The notes under the pieces are model-generated. The model was not told the DNA's origin. It saw only the letters and a list, made by a program, of their open reading frames with translations, and made no database searches. From Ginglymostoma cirratum (Eukaryota): a stretch of 64,000 bases of DNA. Shown here piece by piece: positions 24,756-37,102 of this stretch; positions within the stretch are counted from its first letter, which is position 1; each line of letters starts with the position of its first letter. The position numbers and the translations under genes were made by a program. The stretch lies in assembly GCA_024137785.1 (NCBI GenBank), contig JAHRHZ010000099.1, forward strand, positions 1,255,262 through 1,319,261. The letters are read 5' to 3'.

Positions 24756-27358
24756 CTTGAAGTTTTCCTGCTCCTATGATGCTGCTTGACCTGCTGTGTT
24801 CATCCAGCCCCATGCTTGTTACCCTTCAAAATATATTATGTTTCAATGAGATGGACTCTCGTTCAATAGAACTCCAGAAAATATAGACGCATTGTACTCA
24901 GGCTCATCTCATAAGACAACCCTGTCTCCCCAGGAATTATAAAATGACCCTTCACTGTACCAACTGCAAAGCAAGAACATCTTTCCTTAAACACTCCTTT
25001 GAGCACGTTTCTAAGACCGTTGTAGTCTGCTGCAACAGCTTGAGAGGGGTTGAAATTCCAGATCTTGATGAGCAAGGGACAACAATCAGAGGTAGGAGAT
25101 CGTCCTGTTGTGAGCAATGGGTCGAAGGTTCAGTGACGGTACTATAGAAGGCCAGGAAATTAACGCTCAAATTAGGACGTATCAGTTTAGCCATTAGACA
25201 TCCCGTAGAAATCACAATCTGAAATCAGATTTTTTTAAATGAAAATTGTGTCACACTGTTCAGAGAAATCCTTCCACTAAATACAAATGCCTGTAAAACA
25301 AGCTATTTCCTGAAATTTCACACAGTTTCACTAAATGGACGGCAAATAGCACATTTTAATTGTTGCACTATTTTCTTTCAATAGGAAGCCGGTTCATAAA
25401 TTTCTACAACTATTTACAACAATATACCTCGAATCGAAGATTTAAAAAAATAAGCATTGAAAAATATTTGAATCTTAGCTTCAACTAATTTCACCTTCAG
25501 CCGATGCCTATAGAAATAAAGAGGCAATCTTTCCTGTTGTGGTCTTTCAGCAAAAACTGTAAAAACAAGTTTTGGTCAAACTTGCACAGTGAAATTAAGT
25601 AAAGGTTTATCCCCAACGTAAGAAATGTTTAATCAGCGTCGATAACAGATGTTAAACTCAGCAAAAGCGAGGCAACAGTAATCATCGAAGCTTTGGTGAG
25701 GAAGCGAAAGCAGAGTTGTTAATGTTGAACATTTAATACCCTGTTTGTTCATAAACTCCTTTTGGACCCACGGACCATGAACCCTCCATCTACTGCGCGC
25801 GGACTCACCGTCTATGAACTCTCCTATCGAAGGGTTCGTTCTCACCGCTCCTGGCTCCGCGAAACATTATCTGGATTCCATCGATAATTCGTCCTGCAGT
25901 GGAATGAGTGCGGGATGCTCAAAACGCCCGCATCTGGTTTCTCAATTCAGTTGGAAGTTGGTGCCCGTTCCCCATTTGTTGCCAAAAAAACCCCCGAAAG
26001 AACTGTGGATGCTGTAAATCAGAAACAAAAACAGAAATTGCTGGAAAGCTCAGCAGGTCGGGCAGCATCTGTGAAGAGAAATCAGAGTTAACGTTTCAGG
26101 TCCGATGATCCATCTTCTCATTAGCTCTGATTTCCCTTCACAGATGCAGCCGGACCTGCTGAGCTTCCAGCAGTTCCTGTTTTTGTTCCCCACTTCTGAA
26201 CTATTTTCTCGAATTTTTTTCATAACCCGCTTTGGTGTCATGGCCAACCAATTGAGAAACTGTGGAACAAAGGAACAGGAATAGGCCATTCACACCTCGA
26301 GCCTCCTCCGCAATTTAATAAGGTCATGGCTGATCTCTGGGCCTACGCCATATTCCTGACTTTGGCCGATATCCCCTACCACCTTTGCTTAGCAACATTT
26401 ATCTACCTCAGAGTTAAAACTAACATTAAATGATGCATTCAATTCAACAAATCACTCTTAAACACAATCTCAAAATTTCTTCAGAGAACAGTAACTGCAA
26501 GGAAGGTGACAGAAAACGACAGTGATAGAACATCAAACTGCAGCAGATGTTGAAATTCAGAGAATAAACAGAAAAAGGTGTAAGTATCCTGTTTGGTAAG
26601 CATTTGTGGTCGACCCCTTCCCAGTGATGAATTGTCCTGTTAATGGGTCAGAGTCAATTCTGGGAGGACTCGGTATCTCTCTACCCGAAAAACTGAGACT
26701 CTTGGGTGTTGGGTAGATGTATCAAAGAGGCGCCGCGAGCTTCAGGAGCTAAATTACATTTTATATAAACACAAAATACTGCGGATGTTGGAAATCATGA
26801 ATAAAAACAGACTATACTGCAGAAGCACAGCAGGTCTGACAGCATCAGCCGAGAGTAAATAGAGATATCGTTTCAAGTTCTGCGGAACTGAAGAAGAGTC
26901 TTTGGATTCGAAATGTTAAATCTGTTCCTGACATTTCACTGCTATTTGTTTCGAGGATTCAAATCCAATTCCCCAGAATAGCATGTACAGAAAATGTGCT
27001 GGTAGAGTGTTTGAGTTACGGACAACGGTGATTTTAGCTTCTGTAGAAAGGTCACCAAATGAAATATGAAATAACAAGCATGGGGCTGGATGAACACAGC
27101 AGGTCAAGCAGCATCATAGGAGCAGGAAAACTTGACGTTTCGGGCCTAAACCTTTCATCAGAAAATGAAATATGAATGCAGTTTCTCTTTCCACAGATAC
27201 TTCCTGAACTGATATGTCCAGCAATTTCTGTCCAGTCTCAGAATTTCCGCAACCACTGCGTTTTGCTTTTCCATCACTTTCATTGTATTTGCAGTTCGCT
27301 GAAGAGATTTTGAGACTGTGTTTAGGTTTCAGAGACTGATTGGCTGGGATGAAAATAT

Positions 27359-27368
27359 TAATTTGCAT
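27359..27368 (+). promoter_or_regulatory. Retained Ig decamer/octamer of the pseudogene promoter
   Basis: TAATTTGCAT at the position homologous to 51877-51886. Confidence 0.8.
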
Positions 27369-27481
27369 AAAAGCAGAGGGCAATGCCCTCTTGCTGCCAG
27401 GGACGATTAAAATCTTTCGGGTATTTATTCGATCCCCTCAAATAGATGTCAGTTCATCGCAGCCTCTTTAATCTTTTCGCT

Positions 27482-28157
27482 ATGTCTGACTGGGCGCATG
27501 TTGTTGTTGTATTCTATTTCTGTGTGCCAGCTGAGTATTTTCACATTTCGATTCACTGTAAAATTCGTTTTGTGAAGATTGTTTGGGGTGCGCTTTCAAG
27601 TGTGTGCATATTCAATAGTTTCAATATTTGATCAAAGAACACAGCAGTAAGATTTTTGACGCTGAGATAACGGGAACTGCAGATGCTGGAGAATCCGAGG
27701 TAACAAGGTGTAGAGCTGGATGAACACAGCAGGCCAAGCAGCATCATAGGAGCAGGAAAGCTGACGTTTCGGGCCTAGACCCTTCGTCAGATTTTTGATG
27801 CTGTTTTCTTTCAGGTTCAAGCGCACAGTTTACGGTAAATCAACCGCCTTCAAAATCGGCTACTACCGGAGGGACCGTCCAGATAAGTTGCACCTTGCCG
27901 GGGGCTTCCCTAGGAGGCAACTTCTTTTATTGGTATCAGCAGAAATCTGGAAATGTTCCACGGTATCTGCTTTATCACCATACTGGAAGCGAAACGTGCA
28001 GAGCCTCGGGTGTTCCTCGGGTTTTCGGCGCTGAATCCGGCAACACAGGAACGTTAAGTATTAGCAAAGTTGAATCGGGAGACGTCGCAGGCTATTGCTG
28101 TGTCATATTTATCTACGGTACTTGCGTTTTGCACAGGCACCAAGCTGAGTATTCGCA
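27482..28157 (+). pseudogene. Ig light chain pseudogene (leader plus germline-joined VJ; C exon missing)
   Basis: Leader 27482-27530 (MSDWAHVVVVFYFCVP) is followed by CTGAGT instead of GTGAGT. VJ exon 27815-28157 is homologous to 52182-52529, with compensating -2/-1 indels in FR3, YYC changed to YCC, and a 2-nt loss at J FG that puts TGTKLSI out of frame. The J donor GTGAGT at 28158 is retained. No C exon is found downstream. Confidence 0.93.
27665..27788 (-). mobile_element. Solo Penelope pLTR fragment inserted in the pseudogene leader intron
   Basis: Matches the pLTR 3' end; 15-bp TSD AGATTTTTGA(C/T)GCTG at 27650-27664 / 27789-27803; absent from the functional paralog. Confidence 0.85.
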
Positions 28158-28579
28158 GTGAGTAAAACCCCTTTTCGTATAGAATTCAAAATTTGATTCA
28201 GTTTGAAAGTAAAATGCTATGTTTCATTTTGCAACAGTTGTAAAATCATGTTCACAATGGAACTATGAATTCATTCCAAATGATCTAGAACATTGGCGCC
28301 AGTGTCTCTGTACCAGAGGACGGATGAATTAGAATTAGAATACTACAGCGCAGTACAGGCCCTTCGGCCCTCGATGTTGCACCGACCTGTGAAACCAATC
28401 TGAAGCCCACCTAACCTACACTATTCCATTATCATCCATATGTTTATCCAACGACCATTTAAATGCCCTTAAAGTTGGTGAGCCTACTACTGTTGCAGGC
28501 AGGACATTCCACGCCCTTACTACTCTCTGAGTAAAGAACCTACCTCTGACATCTGTATATCTGACTATCACCCTTCAAT

Positions 28580-30796
28580 TTAACTACCAAGAATCTTACC
28601 ATCAGCCCAGTGCTCTGTATTCCTGTTACTCCTTCCAAAGTGAATCACCTCACACTTTTCCACATTAAACTCCATTTGCCATCTCCCAGCCCAGCTCTGC
28701 AGCTTATCTATGTCCCTCTGTAACCTACAACATTCTTCCGCACTATCCACAACTCCACCAACTTCAGTGTCATCCACAAATTTACTAACCCATCCTTCTA
28801 TACCTTCATCCAGGTCATTTATAAAAATGACAAACAGCAGTGACCCCAAAACAGATCCTTGTGGTACACCACTAGTAACTGAACTCCAGGATGAACATTT
28901 CCCATCAACCACCACCCTCTGTCTTCTTCCAGCTAGCCAATTTCTGATCCAAACCATTAAATCACCATCAATCCGGTGCCTCCGAATTTTCTGCAATAGC
29001 CTACCATGGGAACCTCATCAAACGCTTTACTGAAATCCATATCCACCACATCAACCACTTTACCCTCATCCAACTGTTTAGTCACCTTCTCAAAGAACTC
29101 AATAAGGTTTGTGAGGCACAACCTACCCTTCACAAAACCGTGTTGACTATCCCTAATCAAATTATTCCTTTCTAGATGATTATAAATCCTCTCTCTTATA
29201 ATCCTTTCCAACACTTTACCCACAACCGAAGTAAGGCTCACTGGTCTATAATTACCAGGGTTGTCTTTACTCCCCTTCTTGAACAAGGGGACAACATCTG
29301 CTATCCTCCAGTCTTCTGGCACTATTCCTGTAGACAATGATGGCATAAAGATCAAAGCCAAAGCCTCTGCAATCTCCTCCCTAGCTTCCCAGAGAATCCT
29401 AGGATGGATCCCATCCAGACCAGGGGACTTATCTATTTTCATACTTTCCAGAATTGCTAACATCTCCTCCTTATGGATCTCAATCCTGTCTAATAGCCTG
29501 TATCTCAGTATTCTCATCGACAACATTGTCTTTTTCCTTTATGAATACTGATGAAAAATATTCATTTAGCACCTCTCCTATCTCTTCGGACTCCACGCAC
29601 TACTTCCCACTACTGTCCTTGACTGGCCCTAATCTTATTCTAGTCATTCTTTTATTCCTGACATACCTATAGAAAGCTTTAGGGTTTTCCTTGATCCTAC
29701 CTGCCGAAGACTTCTCATGTCCCCTCCTGGCTCTTCTTAGCTCTCTCTTTAGTCCTTCTTGGCTAACTTGTAACTCTCAAGTGCCCTAACCGAGCCTTCA
29801 CGCCTCATCTTTACATAAGCCTCCTTCTTCCTCTTGACAAGAGATTCAACTTCTTTAGTGAACCATGGTCCCCTCACTCGAACAGTTCCTCCCTGCCTGA
29901 CAGATACATACTTATCAATGACATGCAGTAGCTGTTCCTTGAACAAGTTCCTCGAACAAGTTCCTCATTTCAATTGTGCCCAGCCCCTGCAATTTCCTTC
30001 CCCATCCTATGCATCCTAAGTCTTGCCTAATTGCCTCATAATTGCCTTTCCCCCAGCTATAACTCTTGCCCTGCAGTATATACCTATCCCTTCCCGTCGC
30101 TAAAGTAAACGTAACCGAATTGTGGTCACTATCACCAAAGTGCTCACCTACCTCCAAATCTAACACCTGGCCTGGTTCATTACCCAGTACCAAATCCAAT
30201 GTGGCCTTGCCTCTTGTTGGCCTATCTACATACTCTGTCAGGAAACCCACCTGCACACAGTGGACAAAAACTGACCCATCTAATGTACTCGAACTATAGC
30301 GTTTCCAGTCAATATTTGGAAAGTTAAAGTCCCCCATAACAACTACCCTGTTACTTTCACTCCTATCCAGAATCATCTTTGCTATCCTTTCCTCCACATC
30401 TCTGGAACTTTTCGGAGGCCTGTAGAAAACTCTCAACAGGGTGACCTCTCCTTTCCTGTTTCTAACCTCAGCACATACTACCTCAGTAGACCAGTCCTCA
30501 TCAAACGTCCTTTCTACCAACATAATACTGTCCTTGACAAACAATGCCACACATCTCCCTCTTTTACCACCTTCCCTGATCTTACTGAAACATCTAAACC
30601 CCAGAACCTGCAACAACCATTCCTGTCCCTGCTCTATCCATGTCTCCGAAATGGCCACAACATCGAAGTCCCAGGTACCAACCCATGCTGCAAGTTCACC
30701 CACCTTATTCCGGATGCTCCTGGCGTTGAAGTAGACACATTTCAAACCACCTTCCTGCCTGCTGGTACACTCCTGCGACCTTGAAACGTTATTCAT
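28580..30796 (-). pseudogene. CR1 ORF2 (APE endonuclease plus reverse transcriptase), disrupted
   Basis: APE motifs YFNARS, ISETW, MGDFN, LDLVL, SDHN; RT motifs KSPGLDGI, NYRPVSLTS, QHGF, DFSKAFD, PQGSVLG, FVDD. Frameshifts include a 13-bp tandem duplication at 29941-29966; the C-terminal part is deleted near 28580. Confidence 0.9.
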
Positions 30797-30926
30797 GACC
30801 TCACTACTCTCAACCTCCTGTACACTGGACCTACAATTCAGGTTCCCATCTCCCTGCTGAATTAGTTTAAACCCTCCCGAAGAGCATTAGCAAATTTCTC
30901 CCCCAGGATATTGGTACCCCTCTGGT

Positions 30927-31799
30927 TCAGCTGCAGACCATCCCGTTTGTAGAGGTCCCACCTACCCCAGAATGAGCCCCAATTATCCACGTGAATCTCT
31001 CCCTCCTGCACCATCCCTGTAGCCACGTGTTCAACTGCTCCCTCTCCCGATTCCTCGCCTCGCTAGCACGTGGCACGGGCAACACACCAAAGATAACAAC
31101 TCTGCTTGATCTAGCTCTAAGCTTCCACCCTAGCTCCTTGAATTTCTGCCTTACATCCCCATCCCTTTTCCTACCTATGTCGTTGGTGCCTATGTGGACC
31201 ACGACTTGGGGCTGCTCCCCCTCCCCCTTAAGGATCCCGAAAACACGATCCGAAACATCACGGACCCTGGCACCTGGGAGGCAACACACCAACCGCGAAT
31301 CTGTCTCGTTCCCACAGAATCTCCTATCTGTCCCCCTAACTATGGAGTCCCCAATGACTAATGCTCTCTTCCTCTCCCCCCTTCCCTTCTGAGCAACAGG
31401 GACAGAATCTGCGCCAGAGACCTGTACCCCATGGCTTACCCCTGGTAAGTCGTCCCCCTCAACGGTATCCAACACGGTATACCTGTTATTGATGGGAACA
31501 GTCACAGGGGATCCCTGCACTGTCTGCCTGTTCCCGTTCCGTCCCCTGACTGTAACCCATCTACCTTTTTCCTGTACCTGAGGTGTGACTACCTTCCTGT
31601 AACTCCACTCAATCACCCCCTCAGCCTCCCGAATGATCCGAAGTTCATCCAGCTCCAGCTCCAGTTCCCTAACGCGGTTTCCGAGGAGCTGGAGTTGGGT
31701 GCACTTCCCGCAGATGAAGTCAGCAGGGACACTAATGGTGAACCTTACCTCCCACATTCTACAGGAGGAGCATGCAACTGCCCTAACATCCATTCCCAT
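30927..31799 (-). pseudogene. CR1 ORF1 (Zn finger, leucine zipper, SGNH/GDSL esterase-like domain)
   Basis: CSSC...CGKC zinc finger, heptad VRELELELDELR, esterase motifs VIGDSIVR and VHIGTNDI; apparent frameshift near the C-terminus. Confidence 0.85.
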
Positions 31800-34333
31800 T
31801 GTTCTGAATTCCCAAAAACAGACTATTGGAAAAAAATACTAGTAACTTACCAAATCGGCGCCCAGAACCTTTTTTGGTTAGAGGAGGAGGATGGATGGGA
31901 GAGACTATCTAAGTAGTGTTTCAGGTAAAGCAACCACCCAAATATATTACCTCACTTACTCAGCCGTCCCGTATCTGCTCCTGCTCACCGCGCTCTCCGC
32001 CTATTCACGAGGTAAGTTTTTAAAGGAAAAGCTTACCTTCCCAGGCTGCCCTCGCGCCTCCTTCCGGACTCCCGCCGCTGAAACAACTGAAAGGCCGCTG
32101 AATGTTTAAGAAATAAAAACATAATTTGCTGCAAATACTCCCAGCAGGTCCGGCAGCATGTATGGGAAGCAAGCAAAATTAACATTTCAAGTCCGGAGAC
32201 TCTTCATTTGAATTGGACTCGCAACGTTAACTCTGCGTTGCCTCCATAGATCCTGCCAGACCAGCTGAGTTGCTGCAGTAAATTCTGTTTTCGTTTCAGA
32301 TTTCCAGCATCGGCATTTCTTTGGGTTTTCTTTTTTGTAAATGTTTAAGAAGCTTTATTTCTGCTCCGTGATCATCCGTAGTGACGTCCAGCAACACTTG
32401 TTCAGATCTAGTAACTTCAGCCTTCGTTGCTTTGCGTTCCCAGCTCCCTTAACTTTGCGATTACTGTTGCATTGAACCTAGTCGCTTTGAATTACAACGG
32501 AAGTTCAGTCCGAATGCTGAACGAAACACTACTCAGAGGGTAAAATCAAAGCGTCGAGGAAACGCTTCGTTTGTCGCCCATCGGCTAATTGAGGAGGGCG
32601 CAATGGAAATCTTTGATTTCACAAGACGATCCACAAATAAGGCAGGAATACTTCTCTGAAGAAGCGTAAGTGAGGTGACAATGAAATTAATGGACTATTC
32701 CGTGGTCCTAATTGTAATCAACAAAATCTGGTGAAACCCTGAATCTGTACAAAATCTTGTTAAAATAAAAATAGGTGTGAGCGCAAGGTTAGGAGAAATG
32801 AACACAGATGTGAGAATGAGGTCAGGAGCATGATTAAGCTGTTTTATTGCATTCGGATCGTTGACATTGTCAGATAGTCCAGTGCATTGAGAATGCGTAC
32901 TACAGGCAGGCTGTGGGAATCTGATCTCTTTTGCTGGTTATTTCAATATCAGTGATCAGAAAAGTCCGAAACACAACCCAAGTTACAATTCTGTGCACCA
33001 TTAAGCGAATTGGGAATCTTTTAATAATGGACTTTAACTCGCACAATATCTTGTAGAAATAATCCTTGCTTGAGGAGCAGTAGATATATAAATCTCCCAA
33101 TCATACGAGAGCTCAATGTTGAGATTTTGGCATAGTGGCAGAATTTTATTTATTCATTGATGGGATGGGGGCGTCGCTGGCTAGGCAGCATTTATTGCCC
33201 ATCCCTAATTGCAGTTGAGAGTGAATCACATTGCTATGGGTCTGGAGTCACATTGCAGGCCAGACCAGGTAAAGATGGCAGTTTCCTTCCCTAAAGGACA
33301 TTAGTGAACCAGGTGAGTTTTCCCGCTTACAATCGACAACGGATTCATGGTTATCACTAGATTCTTAATTCCAGATATTTCATTAAATTCAAATTCCACC
33401 ATTTGCCATGGTGGGATTCGAACCCAGGTCCCCAGAATGTTACCTGGGTCTCTGGATTAATAGTCTAGCGATAATGCCATCGCCTCCCCTATTATACAGT
33501 AAAACAGCTCCCAATGGGCGGGAAATCTATTTACAATTATCTGTTAGTATTTCTGTTGATTTCTGGTTGATTTCTTTCATGGCATGTGTGTACGTGCGAC
33601 GGGGTGGGGTGTGGGGGTAGAGTGGGCTGTGAAAGCGTGGTGGACTCTGGTTTAAGGCAGTGTCAGTGGCTCTGCTAGCATTCATTGCCCATCTTTAATT
33701 GATGTGGAGAATTTGGTGGCGAGCAGATTTCACGAGCTGCTGGAATCCTTGGCGTGTAAAAGGGGAGGGAGCTCCTGGAGTTAGAAACGGCCATAATGAA
33801 TTAACGGTAATATAGTTCGAGAACAGCTTGGCGTGTGTGTTGGAGGAGAAGTTGCAGGTGGTGGTGTTCCTATGCATCTGCTATTCATGTCCTTCCTGGT
33901 GGTAGAGGTTTAGTGTTTGAATGGTGCAGTTGACAGAGCCTTGGTAAGTTGCTGTAGAGCATCTTGTGCATGGTACGATATTTAAGGTGGTAGATGGGGT
34001 GCCAGATGTTGAGCTTCTGGAGTGCTACTGAAGCTGCATTTGAATGGCCTACAAGACTTGTGGGAATCAGAAGGTGTGACATTCGCTGGAGGTTTCCTAG
34101 CCTCTTCCAAGCTCTTGTAACCATTGTAAGCATATGACTGCTCCAGTTCAGTTTCTGGACAGTGACACCTTACAAGATATTGGTGTGGGGGTCAAATGCG
34201 ACCCCAATAACATTGAATGTCAAGAGGAGATGAGATATGCCCATTAGTTACCCGTTTTACACTAGTTGAAGCTACCTGTTCCACTTGTAATAAAACTGAT
34301 CACAATTTTTTTCACATGGGAATACATCAGAAC

Positions 34334-34414
34334 AAATTTAACATAGATTCATGTTTTCATACGGAAACATGAAAAACATGTTTCCGTATGAAAACATGAA
34401 TCTATGTTAAATTT
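34334..34414. repeat. Perfect inverted repeat (38-bp arms, 5-nt AAAAA loop) at the C-exon deletion junction
   Basis: AAATTTAACATAGATTCATGTTTTCATACGGAAACATG (34334-34371) and its exact reverse complement (34377-34414). Confidence 0.95.
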
Positions 34415-36039
34415 CATGTTTTTTACGGACTTTCCCGTGTTAACTGAAATGCCAATGTTCATTCGCTTACAGCTATGCATCTGATCAGGTCGATTGAAAG
34501 GCCCTTCAGCCCAACTCGTCCATGGCGACTAGGTTTCCTAAATTGAACTAATTCCGTATAACAAGGAGATGGCTCACTATATATCTAATCATGACCTATA
34601 TACCCAGTAATATGGCTCAATGAATCCTACTTCCCTGGTGACCTCAGGAAAAAAATGCCTCATTTCATTTACCGAGTGGTTGGCTTGCACACTGTCCCTG
34701 CTCCTTCAAATACTGATGCCTTCCCAACTGGGGTAAAAGGTTGCTTCATGTTGAGAGAGAAAGAGAGAGAGAGAGATAAAAAAAATGTTCTGGCCTTGTG
34801 AGCTTGCTGTCTAGGCCAGCATTTATTTCCTATCCCTAATTGTCCTTGGGAATGTGGGTCTGAGTGATGTTCTGCAACCACTGTGGACCATTTGGTGTGG
34901 GAATGCCCTCAATGATGCGAGGGAGTTCCTGAATTACGGACAAATGACACTTAAGGTGATATATTTCCAAGTTAGAAGTGGCTTGGAGGGAAAATCGGTT
35001 GTGTTACCAGATAGCTGCTGTACTTCCAGGCAAAAATGGTCGTGGATTCAGTAGGTGCTGTCTAAGAAGCCTTGTGAATTTCTGCAGTGGACTTCATTGA
35101 TGTTACACACGGCTGCTACTGAGAGTCCGTGCTAGACCGAATGAGGGTTTTGTAGATGTAGGGCCAATCAAGGACGCTGCTTTGCCCTGGGTGCGTGAAG
35201 CTTGTTGAGTGGTACATGCATCATTCCACATTGCCTGTCCATACCCGCCAAAATCATTGTTCCCGGAGGCTCTCCAGCCCAATGTTTCACTGTTGTGGGT
35301 TCTAGGGCTTTATATTCCGGAGCCCTCCCCAGTCTGGTCAGTTGTCATCGCAGTCTGGCTATCGTTGAAAGTGTAATGAAGACATTCTCATATCCCTCAA
35401 GTCTACTACATACGGTGTCAGTTCTTACATTCAACCTAATTATTCTATTTGCACCACCGGAATTTTCGTCTCCCAACGCGCCACGTTGTTTCTATTGATC
35501 AGAGTACCCGCACTCCCCTATATTAATACATCAGGCAGCAACACAGCCATCCGATCATGAGTTTAGCTGTTTTCTCTCAGGCTCTTAACCCACAAATTTT
35601 CTTTACTAAATTTCATGTTCTGTTTTCAATCTGAATCGCACATGCCGAAAAGGGGATATTTCCGTGGAGGAGAGAAATGTTAATTAGATGGCATATCGGC
35701 ACTTGGGCATCATGTTAATCCATTGTGCGGGCTGTTTTGCAGAAACCTTTTTCCAAAATATTTTCAAAGCCCAATCACGCAGTCCCAATGTCTCTCTATG
35801 GTTGCTAGTGATAGTCCACACATGGCTTTATCGTAATTCCAACCAATTGGACATAGAAGCAGAATCATGCCATTTGGACAATTGAATCTGCTCCATCTTT
35901 CTAAAGGGCTTCTTCCCCACCGCGTTCACTCCGATGCTGCACCCTCATGTCCGACTTTCTTACTAGTGAAAACATCTTCTCTACGTTCTCTCCCTCCAAG
36001 TGTCTCAGTATTCTGTCAGTAACAAACAGATCACGCTTC

Positions 36040-37100
36040 ATCCTTCTAACCTTCATCATGTACAAACGCGCAGCACCTAACTGCTCATAATATAACAAAC
36101 CCTTCGAGTCCGGTTCATTCTGGCAAACTTCGTGTGGATACTGTCCAAAGCCAGCACATCGTTTCTCAGCTGGAGGGCCTAAAATTGCTCAGAATTTTCC
36201 AAATGTGGTCTGACCAGAGCTTTACATAGCCTCAGCAGAATGTCCCTGGAATTGTAGTCTAACCCGCTTCAACTGAGTGCTAACATTTCATTTGCTTTCT
36301 TAATTGTCATTGAGCCTAAATGTTGATATTAAGATAATTCTGAATGAGGACTCATAAGTCCCCATCAGATATCCGAAACTTTTCCCATTTAAGTAACAGA
36401 CTACACCTGTACTCTTCCTTCCAAAGTGCAATAACCTCACACTTTCATACATTGTAGTCCTTCCACCACTTCGTTCGCCACTCTCCTAGCCTGTTCAAGT
36501 CCTTATACAGCCCACCTGCATCCTCAACTCTACCTGCCCGTCCACATGTCTTTGTGCCATCAGCAAAATTAGCCACAATGCCCTCAGTTCATTTGTCCAT
36601 ATTGTTAAGGTATAATATGAATAGTTGCAATCCCAATAGACCCAAGTGGAACTCCACTAGTCACTGGCTGCCATCCTAAAAAAGGCATATTTTACCCCTA
36701 CACTCTGTCTTCTACCTGTCACCAATCCTCTATCAATGCCAGAACCTTGCCCCTAACACCATGGACTCTTACCTTACTTAATGGCCTCCTGTGCAGTACT
36801 TTGTCAAATCTGGTCTGAAAATCCAAAGAGACAAAGTCCACTAGCTCTCCTTTGTCGAAGTTACTCATTACCTCCTTAAAGATTTCTAGCAAGCTTGTCA
36901 AACTATGCTGACTCCACCCTATTTTACCTTAGCCTTCAAAGTGCTATACAATCTCTTCCTGGCATTCTAAAATCTTACTGATGCCAGGATAAGCACCCTA
37001 TACTTTCATATCTTCTGCCTCGTCCCCCTTCTTAAACATTACATTGTTATATGAGCCATTTTCAGTCCTCTGGGACACTTCCTGATTCCACTGAAGCCTA
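36040..37100 (-). mobile_element. Old CR1 RT fragment
   Basis: LDFQTRFDKVLH..HGVRGKVL motif (ORF 36719-36901). Confidence 0.65.
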
Positions 37101-37102
37101 AA

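Larger units (their letters stand above)
28330..32098 (-). mobile_element. Near full-length CR1-clade LINE inserted in the pseudogene J-C intron
   Basis: GC-rich 5' UTR, ORF1, ORF2 (endonuclease plus RT), 3' UTR with an (ATTCTA)n-like tail; possible TSD TGAAT (28325-28329 / 32099-32103); absent from the paralogous intron. Confidence 0.92.
24823..35635 (+). repeat. Segmental duplication, copy 1 of the IgL cluster unit (paralog of about 48440-58500)
   Basis: Colinear non-coding homology, e.g. 25087~49861, 25585~50409, 27359~51877, 32395~53520, 34291~54951, 34557~57240, 35581~58444, interrupted by copy-specific insertions and deletions. Confidence 0.88.

Noticed and set aside
24278-24813. Long ORFs in the ORF track (also 56044-56471)
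   Set aside because: Artefacts of translating N runs.
25633-25845. Minus-strand ORF ending DDYCC, suggestive of an inverted V segment
   Set aside because: No first Cys or WYQ motif, and the paralogous sequence (about 50460-50660) does not keep the frame or the motif.
33405-33470. tRNA-like B-box sequence (also about 1715, 7160, 20040)
   Set aside because: These are heads of SINE-like repeats; no complete cloverleaf, so not tRNA genes.
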